From NCBI RefSeq assembly GCF_001457595.1, contig NZ_LN831039.1, positions 3,960,001 to 3,992,000 of the forward strand: 32,000 bases of DNA, written 5' to 3'. This DNA is from Mycolicibacterium smegmatis. Its GTDB lineage: Bacteria; Actinomycetota; Actinomycetes; Mycobacteriales; Mycobacteriaceae. Made by a program: the position numbers and the translations under genes. The notes under the pieces were generated by a model, which saw only the letters and a program-made list of their open reading frames with translations, ran no database searches and was not told the origin of the DNA. Shown piece after piece: positions 16,000-23,457 of this stretch. The first letter of the stretch is position 1; each line of letters opens with the position of its first letter.

Positions 16000-16944
16000 A
16001 TGCCGATCGATCCCATTGCCCAGAAGATGCTCGACGACGCCAAGGCCTCCGGGCGCCCCAACGCGCACCTGCTGCCGGTGCCCACCGCGCGGGAGAACTT
16101 CGAGAACACGTTCGCGGCGCTGCAGAAGCCCGATGTGCACCGCGTCACCGACGTCGCCATCGAGACCCGCGACGGTGCGGTCATCCCGGGCCGGCTCTAC
16201 GTTCCCGCCGAGGGCGACGACCTGCCGTTGACGGTCTACTACCACGGTGGTGGCTGGCTGCTCGGCAGCGTCGACTCGCACGATGCGGCGACCCGACTGC
16301 TGGCCAAGGCCTCCGGCAGTGCGGTGCTTTCGGTGGGCTACCGCCTGGCCCCGGAGTCCCGCTTCCCCACCGCCGTCAACGACGCGATCGATGCCGTGGA
16401 ATGGGCGCGCGCGTTCGGCGCGACGCTCGGAGTCGACACCTCGCGCCTCGCGGTCGCGGGTGACAGCGCCGGTGGCAACCTGGCCGCCGCCGTCGCGCTG
16501 CACTACCGCGACGCCGGGGAACCGGTGATCCGCCACCAACTGCTGGTCTACCCGGTGACCACGACCGACCTGACCAAGGGCATGGACCCGGAGTACGACG
16601 GCGTGATGCTCGAACGTGATGAGCTGCAATGGCATCAGGACAACTACCTGCCGGGGCCCGATGCGGCGTCGGATCCCCGGGTCAACGTTCTCGGCGCGGA
16701 TCTGCACGGCCTGCCCGAGGCCACCGTCATCCTCGCCGAATGTGACCCGATTCGCCCCCAGGGCGAGCTCTACCTGCAGGCGCTGAAGGATGCGGGTGTG
16801 CCGGTGGAGAGCCACCTGACACCCGGTCAGGTGCACGGGTTCTTCGGCCTGGACGAGATCTTCCCGGCCGCCACCGCAGCCATGACATTCGCCGGGCAGC
16901 GCCTGGCGTCCGCGCTGGCCGTCGCCGGGCAGTCGACCCGATGA
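16000..16944 (+). CDS. Alpha/beta hydrolase fold-3 esterase/lipase (hormone-sensitive-lipase family)
   Basis: SD AAGGAG lies 6 nt upstream of the ATG. Motifs: oxyanion motif HGGGW, nucleophile elbow GDSAGG, and distal D (ECDP) and H (VHGF). Confidence 0.88.
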   Translation: MPIDPIAQKMLDDAKASGRPNAHLLPVPTARENFENTFAALQKPDVHRVTDVAIETRDGAVIPGRLYVPAEGDDLPLTVYYHGGGWLLGSVDSHDAATRLLAKASGSAVLSVGYRLAPESRFPTAVNDAIDAVEWARAFGATLGVDTSRLAVAGDSAGGNLAAAVALHYRDAGEPVIRHQLLVYPVTTTDLTKGMDPEYDGVMLERDELQWHQDNYLPGPDAASDPRVNVLGADLHGLPEATVILAECDPIRPQGELYLQALKDAGVPVESHLTPGQVHGFFGLDEIFPAATAAMTFAGQRLASALAVAGQSTR

Positions 16945-17669
16945 GCCGCACCGCGCTGGTCACCGGCGCCAACGGCGGCATCGGCTCGGCCACCGTCGCC
17001 CGGCTGGTCAAAAACGGCGTCGAGGTGATCGCGACCGATCTCGGCGAGCGCTCGGACACTGTGCCCGCCGACGCCGATTACGTGCCGTTCGATCTGCGCA
17101 GCGGTGATCCGCACGAATTGTTCGAACGGCTGGACGGCCGCGGACTGGACTACCTGGTCAACGCGGCAGGCGTGGCCCTGTTCGACCGCGACGGGTCGAT
17201 GCTCGACATCGACGAATCCATCTGGGACGTCACGCTCGGGGTGAACCTGCACGGGCTGCGCAAGGTCACCGCAGCTGCGGTGGAACACCTGCGCAGGGGC
17301 AGCGGCAAGAGCATCGTCAACGTGGCGAGCACGGCCGGTTTGCGGGGTATGGACTCCCCTCTGGACGCCTATCAGGTGAGCAAGGCCGCCGTGGTGTCGT
17401 TGACACGCGCGCTGGCCCTGCAGCTGGCGCCGGAAGGCATCCGCGCGAACACCGTGTGTCCCGGTGCGATCCTCACCCCCATGATCGACCACCTCTACGT
17501 CGAGAACCCGGCACGCAGGGTCGACATGGAGAACCGCACGCCGATGCGCCGCCTGGGTATGCCCGACGAGATCGCAAGTGCCATCGCATTTCTGCTGTCC
17601 GACGAGGCGTCGTTCGTCACGGCGACCGACCTGGTGGTCGACGGCGGCTGGACCGCCCAGATCAAGTAG
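16941..17669 (+). CDS. Short-chain dehydrogenase/reductase (SDR 3)
   Basis: ATGA overlap with the esterase gene. Motifs: TGANGGIG, NAAG, and catalytic S..YQVSK. Confidence 0.85.
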   Translation: MSRTALVTGANGGIGSATVARLVKNGVEVIATDLGERSDTVPADADYVPFDLRSGDPHELFERLDGRGLDYLVNAAGVALFDRDGSMLDIDESIWDVTLGVNLHGLRKVTAAAVEHLRRGSGKSIVNVASTAGLRGMDSPLDAYQVSKAAVVSLTRALALQLAPEGIRANTVCPGAILTPMIDHLYVENPARRVDMENRTPMRRLGMPDEIASAIAFLLSDEASFVTATDLVVDGGWTAQIK

Positions 17670-17718
17670 TCCCGAACGCCTCACGGGTGACGCCGCGGGC
17701 ATTGACAATCCCCTTTTT

Positions 17719-17740
17719 GGTCTAAATACTCGACCTATAG
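17719..17740 (+). promoter_or_regulatory. Operator-like element copy C (GGTCTAAATACTCGACCTATAG; GGTC-N9-GACC dyad) downstream of a TTGACA hexamer (17702-17707)
   Basis: This is the reference copy of the element that recurs at 6756-6777, 6839-6860 and 9344-9365. It lies 22 nt upstream of the monooxygenase ATG. Confidence 0.55.
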
Positions 17741-17762
17741 ATCTTATGAGACAGGAGTCAGG

Positions 17763-19220
17763 ATGAGCGGGTCACCACGGGTCGCAATCATCGGATCAGG
17801 ATTCAGCGGTATTGCCGCGGCGATTGCGCTGCGCAACAAGGGCATCGAAGACTTCGTCATCTTCGAGAAGGCGCCCGCACTGGGCGGGACCTGGTGGTAC
17901 AACCGTTATCCGGGCGCTGAGGTGGACCTGGAGTCCCACATCTACTCGTTCTCGTTCGAGCGCTACGACTGGACGCGCACCCACGCCGGCTGGGCAGAAC
18001 TGCAGGAGTACCTGAACCACGTCGCGGACAAATGGGACCTGCCGCGCCGGATCCGGTTCAACGAGAAGGTCGTCGACGTCCGCTGGTCGGATGCCGACCA
18101 GACCTACACCATCAGGACCGAATCCGGTGACGATCACGGGCAGTTCACCGCGGTCATCAGCGCCGTCGGCTTCCTCAACATCCCGCTGATCCCGCCGTTC
18201 GCGCGCGAGCAGAACGACTTCGAGGGCGCGATCTGCCACACGTCACGGTGGATCGACGGACTGGACATGACCGGCAAGAAGATCGGCGTGCTGGGCACCG
18301 GATCATCGGCCGTGCAGGTGGTCACCGAGGCCGAACGCGTCGGCGCCGAGGTCAAGATCTTCCAGATCGAGCCCAACTGGATCCTGCCGAAGGACAGTCG
18401 CGACTTCAGCCCGCTGGAACGGCGCCTCAACCGTCTGGCACCGGTCTACGCATACCGGCGGCTCAAGCTGTACCTCGGCTACGACCTGCGCCAGGTCCGC
18501 TCCAGCCACGCCAGGAGTGACGGCCGCACCAACCAGCGCAAGCACAGGGCCGCGGTGGCGTACCTGCAGCGCGAACTCGGCGACCGGCCGGACCTGCTCG
18601 AGCTCGCCACACCGTCGTTCCCGTACGAGGGCAGACGGACCGTCGTCAGCGACACCTACTACCAGGCGCTGCGCAGCCCCAAGGTGACGCTGGTCCCCCA
18701 CGCCGTCAAGGGACTGTCCCGCACCGGCGCCATCGACGCCAACGGCGACGAACACGAACTCGACATCATCGTGCTGGCAACTGGTTTCGACGCCGCGAAC
18801 TACCTGGGCAACTACCAGGTGCACGGCCGAAACGGAGTGGAACTGCACGACGCGTGGCAGGGCGAACCCGAGGCATTCCTGGGCATGATGGTGCCGAAGT
18901 TCCCGAACTTCTTCATCATGTACGGGCCCAACACCAACTCGATCCCGCTGGTGTCGTTCTACGAGGCGCAGGCAGCCTTCGCCGCGAGCCTGATCGCGCG
19001 GGCCACCAAGACCCGCGCGGGCAGCATCGAGGTCCGCCGGTCGGCGTTCGTCCTGTACAACGACTGGATCCAGGCCGCGCTCGCGAAAACCGTGTGGGCG
19101 CAGGTGCAGAACTACTTCCAGGCCGGCACGGGCCGCGTCGTGTCGCAGTGGCCGTTCGGCGCGACGCCCTACATCCTGGCGACAAAGCTGCTGCGCCGCA
19201 TCGCCGTACGGCTGTCCTGA
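17763..19220 (+). CDS. Type I Baeyer-Villiger (flavin-containing) monooxygenase, EthA-like
   Basis: SD AGGAG lies 5 nt upstream. Motifs: FAD motif GSGFSG, GGTWWYNRYPG, BVMO fingerprint FEGAICHTSRW (FxGxxxHxxxW), and NADPH motif GTGSSA. Confidence 0.85.
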   Translation: MSGSPRVAIIGSGFSGIAAAIALRNKGIEDFVIFEKAPALGGTWWYNRYPGAEVDLESHIYSFSFERYDWTRTHAGWAELQEYLNHVADKWDLPRRIRFNEKVVDVRWSDADQTYTIRTESGDDHGQFTAVISAVGFLNIPLIPPFAREQNDFEGAICHTSRWIDGLDMTGKKIGVLGTGSSAVQVVTEAERVGAEVKIFQIEPNWILPKDSRDFSPLERRLNRLAPVYAYRRLKLYLGYDLRQVRSSHARSDGRTNQRKHRAAVAYLQRELGDRPDLLELATPSFPYEGRRTVVSDTYYQALRSPKVTLVPHAVKGLSRTGAIDANGDEHELDIIVLATGFDAANYLGNYQVHGRNGVELHDAWQGEPEAFLGMMVPKFPNFFIMYGPNTNSIPLVSFYEAQAAFAASLIARATKTRAGSIEVRRSAFVLYNDWIQAALAKTVWAQVQNYFQAGTGRVVSQWPFGATPYILATKLLRRIAVRLS

Positions 19221-19241
19221 CCCGCGGCGGGCTGGTGGAAG

Positions 19242-20369
19242 CTAGGGCCGCCAGCCCGTCGCATCCGCCCACTCCCACGCGCGACGATAGGCGTCGGAGA
19301 TGTCGGCACCCGGGTTGGCCCGCAACCAGTCGGTGAACAGCAACGCGTACTGCTGGTTGGGCCAACCCGCCACGCGCAGATGGACATTCGTGGGCCGCCC
19401 GGGATCGGCCGAGGCATGCAGCCTGCTGCGCCACAGCGCGGCGTCCTCGGTGTGGTCGAACTCCGCGACGGTGCTGCGCGCGTCGGACTCGACCGCGTCG
19501 ACACCGTCGGCGAGTGGCAGGTAGCCGACCGCGCGCAGGGCGTCGGCGAGTTCGTCGGCGATCTCCAGCGATTCCACCGTCACCTGCACGTCGATCACGT
19601 CGGGGGCATCCATGCCCGGCACGGCGGTGGGCCCGACGTGGTCGACGCGCACCACGCGATGTCCGCATGCGGTCTGCAGCCGCGCGACGATGCGGGCCGC
19701 CTGATCGGCCCACGTGTGGTCGAACGGCACCGGCTGCAACGGGGCAGCCACCGGTTCGCCGGCCTGGAGGTTACGTGCGAACGGCAGAATCCGGTTGAAC
19801 CACAATTGCTTTGCGCGTTGCACCAGATCGTCCTGGCTTCCGGTGTTTTCCAGCCACACATCGGCGACGGCGCGGCGCTCCTCGACCGTGGCCTGCGCGG
19901 CGATACGCGTCCTGGCGTCCTGCTCGCTGAAGCCGCGATAGGAGATCAGCCGCTGCACGCGCACCTCCTCGTCGGCGTGCACAATCACCACCAACGGGAA
20001 CAGCGGCGCCATCTTGGATTCGACGAGCAGCGGGATGTCCTCGACGATCACCGCGTCCGGCGGGGCCGACGCGATGAGCTCGGCGCGGCGTTCGGCGACC
20101 AGCGGGTGCACGATGCCGTTGAGTGTCGCACGCTTCTCGTCGTCAGGGAACGCGATCGCCGCCAGCGCGGGCCGGTTCAGCGCGCCGTCGGGAAGCAGGA
20201 TCTCCTCGCCGAACGCCTCGACGAGGCGGGCGAGGCCCACGGTGCCCGGTTCGACGACCTCGCGGGCGATGACGTCTCCGTCGACGACGATGCCGCCGCA
20301 CTCGGCGAAGGTTGCCGACACGGTTGATTTACCGGCACCGATGCCGCCGGACAGTCCGATACGCAACAT
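19242..20369 (-). CDS. coaE: Dephospho-CoA kinase with a C-terminal GrpB/UPF0157-like domain (mycobacterial long form)
   Basis: ATG at 20369 gives MLRIGLSGGIGAGKST (P-loop at the N-terminus). SD GAGGAG lies 7 nt upstream. The 18 upstream codons of the track ORF are rejected. The extended C-terminal domain matches M. tuberculosis CoaE. Confidence 0.9.
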   Translation of the reverse strand: MLRIGLSGGIGAGKSTVSATFAECGGIVVDGDVIAREVVEPGTVGLARLVEAFGEEILLPDGALNRPALAAIAFPDDEKRATLNGIVHPLVAERRAELIASAPPDAVIVEDIPLLVESKMAPLFPLVVIVHADEEVRVQRLISYRGFSEQDARTRIAAQATVEERRAVADVWLENTGSQDDLVQRAKQLWFNRILPFARNLQAGEPVAAPLQPVPFDHTWADQAARIVARLQTACGHRVVRVDHVGPTAVPGMDAPDVIDVQVTVESLEIADELADALRAVGYLPLADGVDAVESDARSTVAEFDHTEDAALWRSRLHASADPGRPTNVHLRVAGWPNQQYALLFTDWLRANPGADISDAYRRAWEWADATGWRP

Positions 20370-20410
20370 GTGAGCGCTCCTCGACCACAGCTGGGGGTGA
20401 CAGAAGGTGG

Positions 20411-20455
20411 AAAAAGAAACCACGCAGGAAGTCTGTTGACTTCCTGCGTGGTTTC
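20411..20455 (-). terminator. Canonical intrinsic terminator of rpsA
   Basis: A perfect 18-bp stem (20416-20433 pairs with 20438-20455) with a 4-nt loop, followed on the minus strand by TTTTT (20415-20411). It lies 23 nt after the rpsA stop. Confidence 0.8.
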
Positions 20456-20478
20456 AAACGACGTGACCTGCCGGGTGG

Positions 20479-21918
20479 CTAGGCGTTGCCGGCGAGCTTC
20501 TCCCGCAGAGCGGCGAGCTGCGCGTCGCTGGCCAGGGTGCCACCGGAGGACTCCTCCGAGCGCGACGAGCCGTTGGACACCGGTGCGTTGGCCGCCTCGG
20601 CCTCGGCAGCGGCGAACTTCTCCATCTGCGCGGTGTGCATCTTGTGGCGACGCTCGGCCTCGGCGTAGCGGGCCTCCCACTCCTCACGCTGCTTGTCGAA
20701 GCCCTCGAGCCATTCGTTGGTCTCGGGATCGAAGCCCTCGGGGAAGATGTAGTTGCCCTGCTCGTCGTAGCTGTCGGCCATGCCGTACTTCGACGGGTCG
20801 AACTCCTCGGTGTAGTCCTCGTTGGCCTGCTTGAGGCTCAGCGAGATCCGGCGACGCTCCAGGTCGATGTCGATGACCTTGACCATCGCGTCGTCGCCGA
20901 CCTGGACCACCTGGTCCGGGACCTCGACGTGGCGCTCGGACAGCTCCGAGATGTGCACCAGGCCCTCGATGCCCTCCTCGACGCGGACGAACGCACCGAA
21001 CGGCACCAGCTTGGTGACCTTGCCCGGGACGATCTGGCCGATCGCGTGGGTGCGGGCGAAGTGGCGCCACGGATCTTCCTGGGTCGCCTTGAGCGACAGC
21101 GAGACCCGCTCGCGGTCCATGTCGACGTCGAGCACCTCGACGGTGACCTCGTCGCCCACCTGGACAACCTCGGACGGGTGGTCGATGTGCTTCCAGGACA
21201 GCTCGGAGACGTGCACCAGGCCGTCGACGCCGCCGAGATCGACGAAGGCGCCGAAGTTGACGATCGAGGACACGACACCCTTGCGGATGGCGCCCTTCTG
21301 CAGCTGGTTGAGGAACTCGCTGCGCACCTCGGACTGGGTCTGCTCCAGCCAGGCGCGGCGCGAGAGCACCACGTTGTTGCGGTTCTTGTCGAGCTCGATG
21401 ATCTTGGCCTCGATCTCCTTGCCGATGTACGGCTGCAGATCGCGGACGCGACGCATCTCGACCAGCGACGCAGGCAGGAAGCCGCGCAGGCCGATGTCGA
21501 GGATCAGGCCGCCCTTGACGACCTCGATGACGGTGCCCTTGACGGCCTCGTCCTTCTCCTTGAGCTCTTCGATGGTGCCCCAGGCACGCTCGTACTGAGC
21601 GCGCTTCTTGGACAGGATCAGTCGGCCTTCCTTGTCCTCCTTGGTGAGGACCAGAGCTTCGACCTCGTCGCCGACGGACACAACCTCGTTGGGGTCGACG
21701 TCGTGCTTGATGGAGAGCTCACGGGAAGGAATGACGCCTTCGGTCTTGTAACCGATGTCGAGCAGAACCTCGTCGCGGTCGACCTTGACGATGGTCCCTT
21801 CCACGATGTCGCCATCGTTGAAGTATTTGATGGTCTTGTCGATGGCGGCGAGAAAGTCCTCAGCCGAGCCGATGTCGTTGACGGCTACTTGCGGCGAGGT
21901 GACGGAGGGACTTGGCAT
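20479..21918 (-). CDS. rpsA: 30S ribosomal protein S1
   Basis: 479-aa ORF with repeated S1 domains (GDIVEGTIVKVD.., GTVIEVVKGGLILDIG.., GVVSSIVNFGAFVDLG.., GKVTKLVPFGAFVRVE..). Confidence 0.97.
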   Translation of the reverse strand: MPSPSVTSPQVAVNDIGSAEDFLAAIDKTIKYFNDGDIVEGTIVKVDRDEVLLDIGYKTEGVIPSRELSIKHDVDPNEVVSVGDEVEALVLTKEDKEGRLILSKKRAQYERAWGTIEELKEKDEAVKGTVIEVVKGGLILDIGLRGFLPASLVEMRRVRDLQPYIGKEIEAKIIELDKNRNNVVLSRRAWLEQTQSEVRSEFLNQLQKGAIRKGVVSSIVNFGAFVDLGGVDGLVHVSELSWKHIDHPSEVVQVGDEVTVEVLDVDMDRERVSLSLKATQEDPWRHFARTHAIGQIVPGKVTKLVPFGAFVRVEEGIEGLVHISELSERHVEVPDQVVQVGDDAMVKVIDIDLERRRISLSLKQANEDYTEEFDPSKYGMADSYDEQGNYIFPEGFDPETNEWLEGFDKQREEWEARYAEAERRHKMHTAQMEKFAAAEAEAANAPVSNGSSRSEESSGGTLASDAQLAALREKLAGNA

Positions 21919-22123
21919 GTGGTGGGTTGCTCCGGACAGGTGTAATCGTAGGGACAGTTCTTTTGTTGATCGTGCTCATTTCGGGCGGCGAATCTCTCGG
22001 CGTCGAAATGATGTATGCCGTGCTGGTCGTACACACGGGTACTCCCAGAGCCTACTCGACCGAGCACACGCAGGACAAACTCGCCCACCCCGGGTGGGTT
22101 CTCCCGCTCGTCAGAGACCCTTC

Positions 22124-22705
22124 TCACACCGGGCCTGTGCGTGCGAACGCACAGATCGCACGTGCGACGCGATCCAGATATTCCGACGTCACAGGCCGAA
22201 ACAGTGCGATCAGACGCCAGAAGACCAGCGCGCCCATCGCGTCGACCAGCAGTTCGGAGTCGGCACCGGGGGCAAGCTCTCCGCGAGTGGCGGCGCGATC
22301 GAGAATATCGCGCGCACGCGCCCGGCGCGGCGTACCGACGGTGTCCATCAGTGCCTCGGCCAGCACCGGGTTGCGCTGGGCCTCGGCCAGCAGATCCGGG
22401 TACAGCCGGCGCATGCGTTCGTCGCCGATCCACCGGTTGACGTCCGCCAGGAGCGCCAGGACGTCACCGTACAACGATCCGGTGTCCGGCGCCGCGCCCT
22501 CGGGCAGCGCCAGGGTGCGCATCGCGGCCGCGGTCATCTCGATCTTCGACGGCCAGCGACGGTAGATCGCACCCTTGCCCGCACCGGCTCGTTTGGCCAC
22601 GCCGTCGACGGTCATGGACCCGAACCCGTGTTCGGCCAGTTCCGAGAGCGCGGCATCGAGGATCGCCGCGGTGACCCTGGCCTCTTGCGGCCGTCCGGCC
22701 GTCAC
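22124..22705 (-). CDS. TetR-family transcriptional regulator
   Basis: GTG at 22705 gives VTAGRPQEARVTAAILDAALSELAEHGFGSMTVDGVAKRAGAGKGAIYRRWPSK, a canonical TetR HTH. The 304-aa track ORF extends upstream into R/S/T-rich non-protein-like sequence that other genes occupy in another frame. Confidence 0.85.
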   Translation of the reverse strand: MTAGRPQEARVTAAILDAALSELAEHGFGSMTVDGVAKRAGAGKGAIYRRWPSKIEMTAAAMRTLALPEGAAPDTGSLYGDVLALLADVNRWIGDERMRRLYPDLLAEAQRNPVLAEALMDTVGTPRRARARDILDRAATRGELAPGADSELLVDAMGALVFWRLIALFRPVTSEYLDRVARAICAFARTGPV

Positions 22706-22863
22706 GGGCGCCTGGCGGTGTGCGACCGCACGAAGTCGGCGAACGACCGGGGTGCGGTGCCGGTCAGCCGTTCGACGGTGTCGGTGACCGTCGATTCCAG
22801 GCCGGCGCGGATCCGGTCGTCGAGCGCGGCGAGCACCAGGACGGTCGTCGCGGGGGCGGTCAT
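22702..22863 (-). CDS. Small ORF (53 aa), possibly a remnant of the C-terminus of an NmrA-like NAD(P)-binding protein
   Basis: It falls below the ORF-track cutoff. Translation: MTAPATTVLVLAALDDRIRAGLESTVTDTVERLTGTAPRSFADFVRSHTARRP. Nearly all third codon positions are G/C. The start overlaps the SnoaL-like stop (ATGA) and the stop overlaps the TetR start (GTGA). Confidence 0.5.
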   Translation of the reverse strand: MTAPATTVLVLAALDDRIRAGLESTVTDTVERLTGTAPRSFADFVRSHTARRP

Positions 22864-23318
22864 TGCCCGTTACCCGAGAACGCGCTGGCGAGGGCCTCCA
22901 CGCCGCCCGTTGCGCCGGCGATCGCGTGCGGGTTCCAGTAGTCACGGAAGGACTCGATGCCCTCGTCGCCGACCGTGATGACGACGACGTAGTCGATGTC
23001 GTACGGCTTTCCGGTCGCGCGCACGATGCCCGTGACACCCCACTCGAGCACGACCGTGCCGGGATCGGCTGTGTCGTGGCGGGTCTGGTGGCGGATACCC
23101 CGGATCTCGACGCTGCCGGACAACCCGCTCAGGTAGGTGCGCACCTCGTCGCGCCCCTTCGGTGACGGCCATCCGGGCGGTGCGAACGGGAACGTCGCGG
23201 TGCCGTGCGGCGCCCATTCGTCGGCGAAGGCGTTCATATCGCCTGCGAGCAGCGCCTGCTGCAGGCGATCGATGGTGCGGTGCGTGCGGGTGCGGGCCTC
23301 ATCGGGCTCATGGGTCAC
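22860..23318 (-). CDS. SnoaL/NTF2-like small protein
   Basis: 152-aa ORF with a GTG start and SD GGAGG 5 nt upstream. The size and sequence pattern (IDRLQQALLAGDMNAFADEWAPHGT.., VVLEWGVTG, YVVVITVGDEGIESFRDYWNP) are typical of the NTF2-like fold. Confidence 0.65.
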   Translation of the reverse strand: MTHEPDEARTRTHRTIDRLQQALLAGDMNAFADEWAPHGTATFPFAPPGWPSPKGRDEVRTYLSGLSGSVEIRGIRHQTRHDTADPGTVVLEWGVTGIVRATGKPYDIDYVVVITVGDEGIESFRDYWNPHAIAGATGGVEALASAFSGNGQ

Positions 23319-23335
23319 GGCCGCCTCCGAATTCC

Positions 23336-23351
23336 GGAACGAGTTGGTTCC
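23336..23351. promoter_or_regulatory. Small dyad GGAAC-N6-GTTCC in the SnoaL-operon/prsW divergent region (candidate TetR operator)
   Basis: The inverted repeat was read directly from the sequence. It sits just upstream of the SnoaL-like gene SD. The arms are short, so support is weak. Confidence 0.25.
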
Positions 23352-23457
23352 ATTATTGCTGTGGGCAGAACAACCTCGGTGATCGCGGAGATATTTCTGC
23401 GGGCGCGCCCGCGAAGTGCCGCGCCCGATCGGCGCTGGTCACCGCTAGTCTGCGGGA

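Noticed and set aside
20370-20423. 18-codon extension of coaE. Similar upstream extensions occur in the track ORFs for gntR (9253-9321), the secreted protein (4959-5204), the Cys-rich gene (12162-12224), GS-like 1 (12952-13287), GS-like 2 (14523-14576), the hydrolase (30294-30725) and TetR (22706-23038).
   Set aside because: In each case an internal start gives a canonical N-terminus (P-loop, HTH or signal peptide). These starts come with an SD or a 4-nt stop/start overlap. The extension is compositionally non-protein-like or overlaps the upstream gene.
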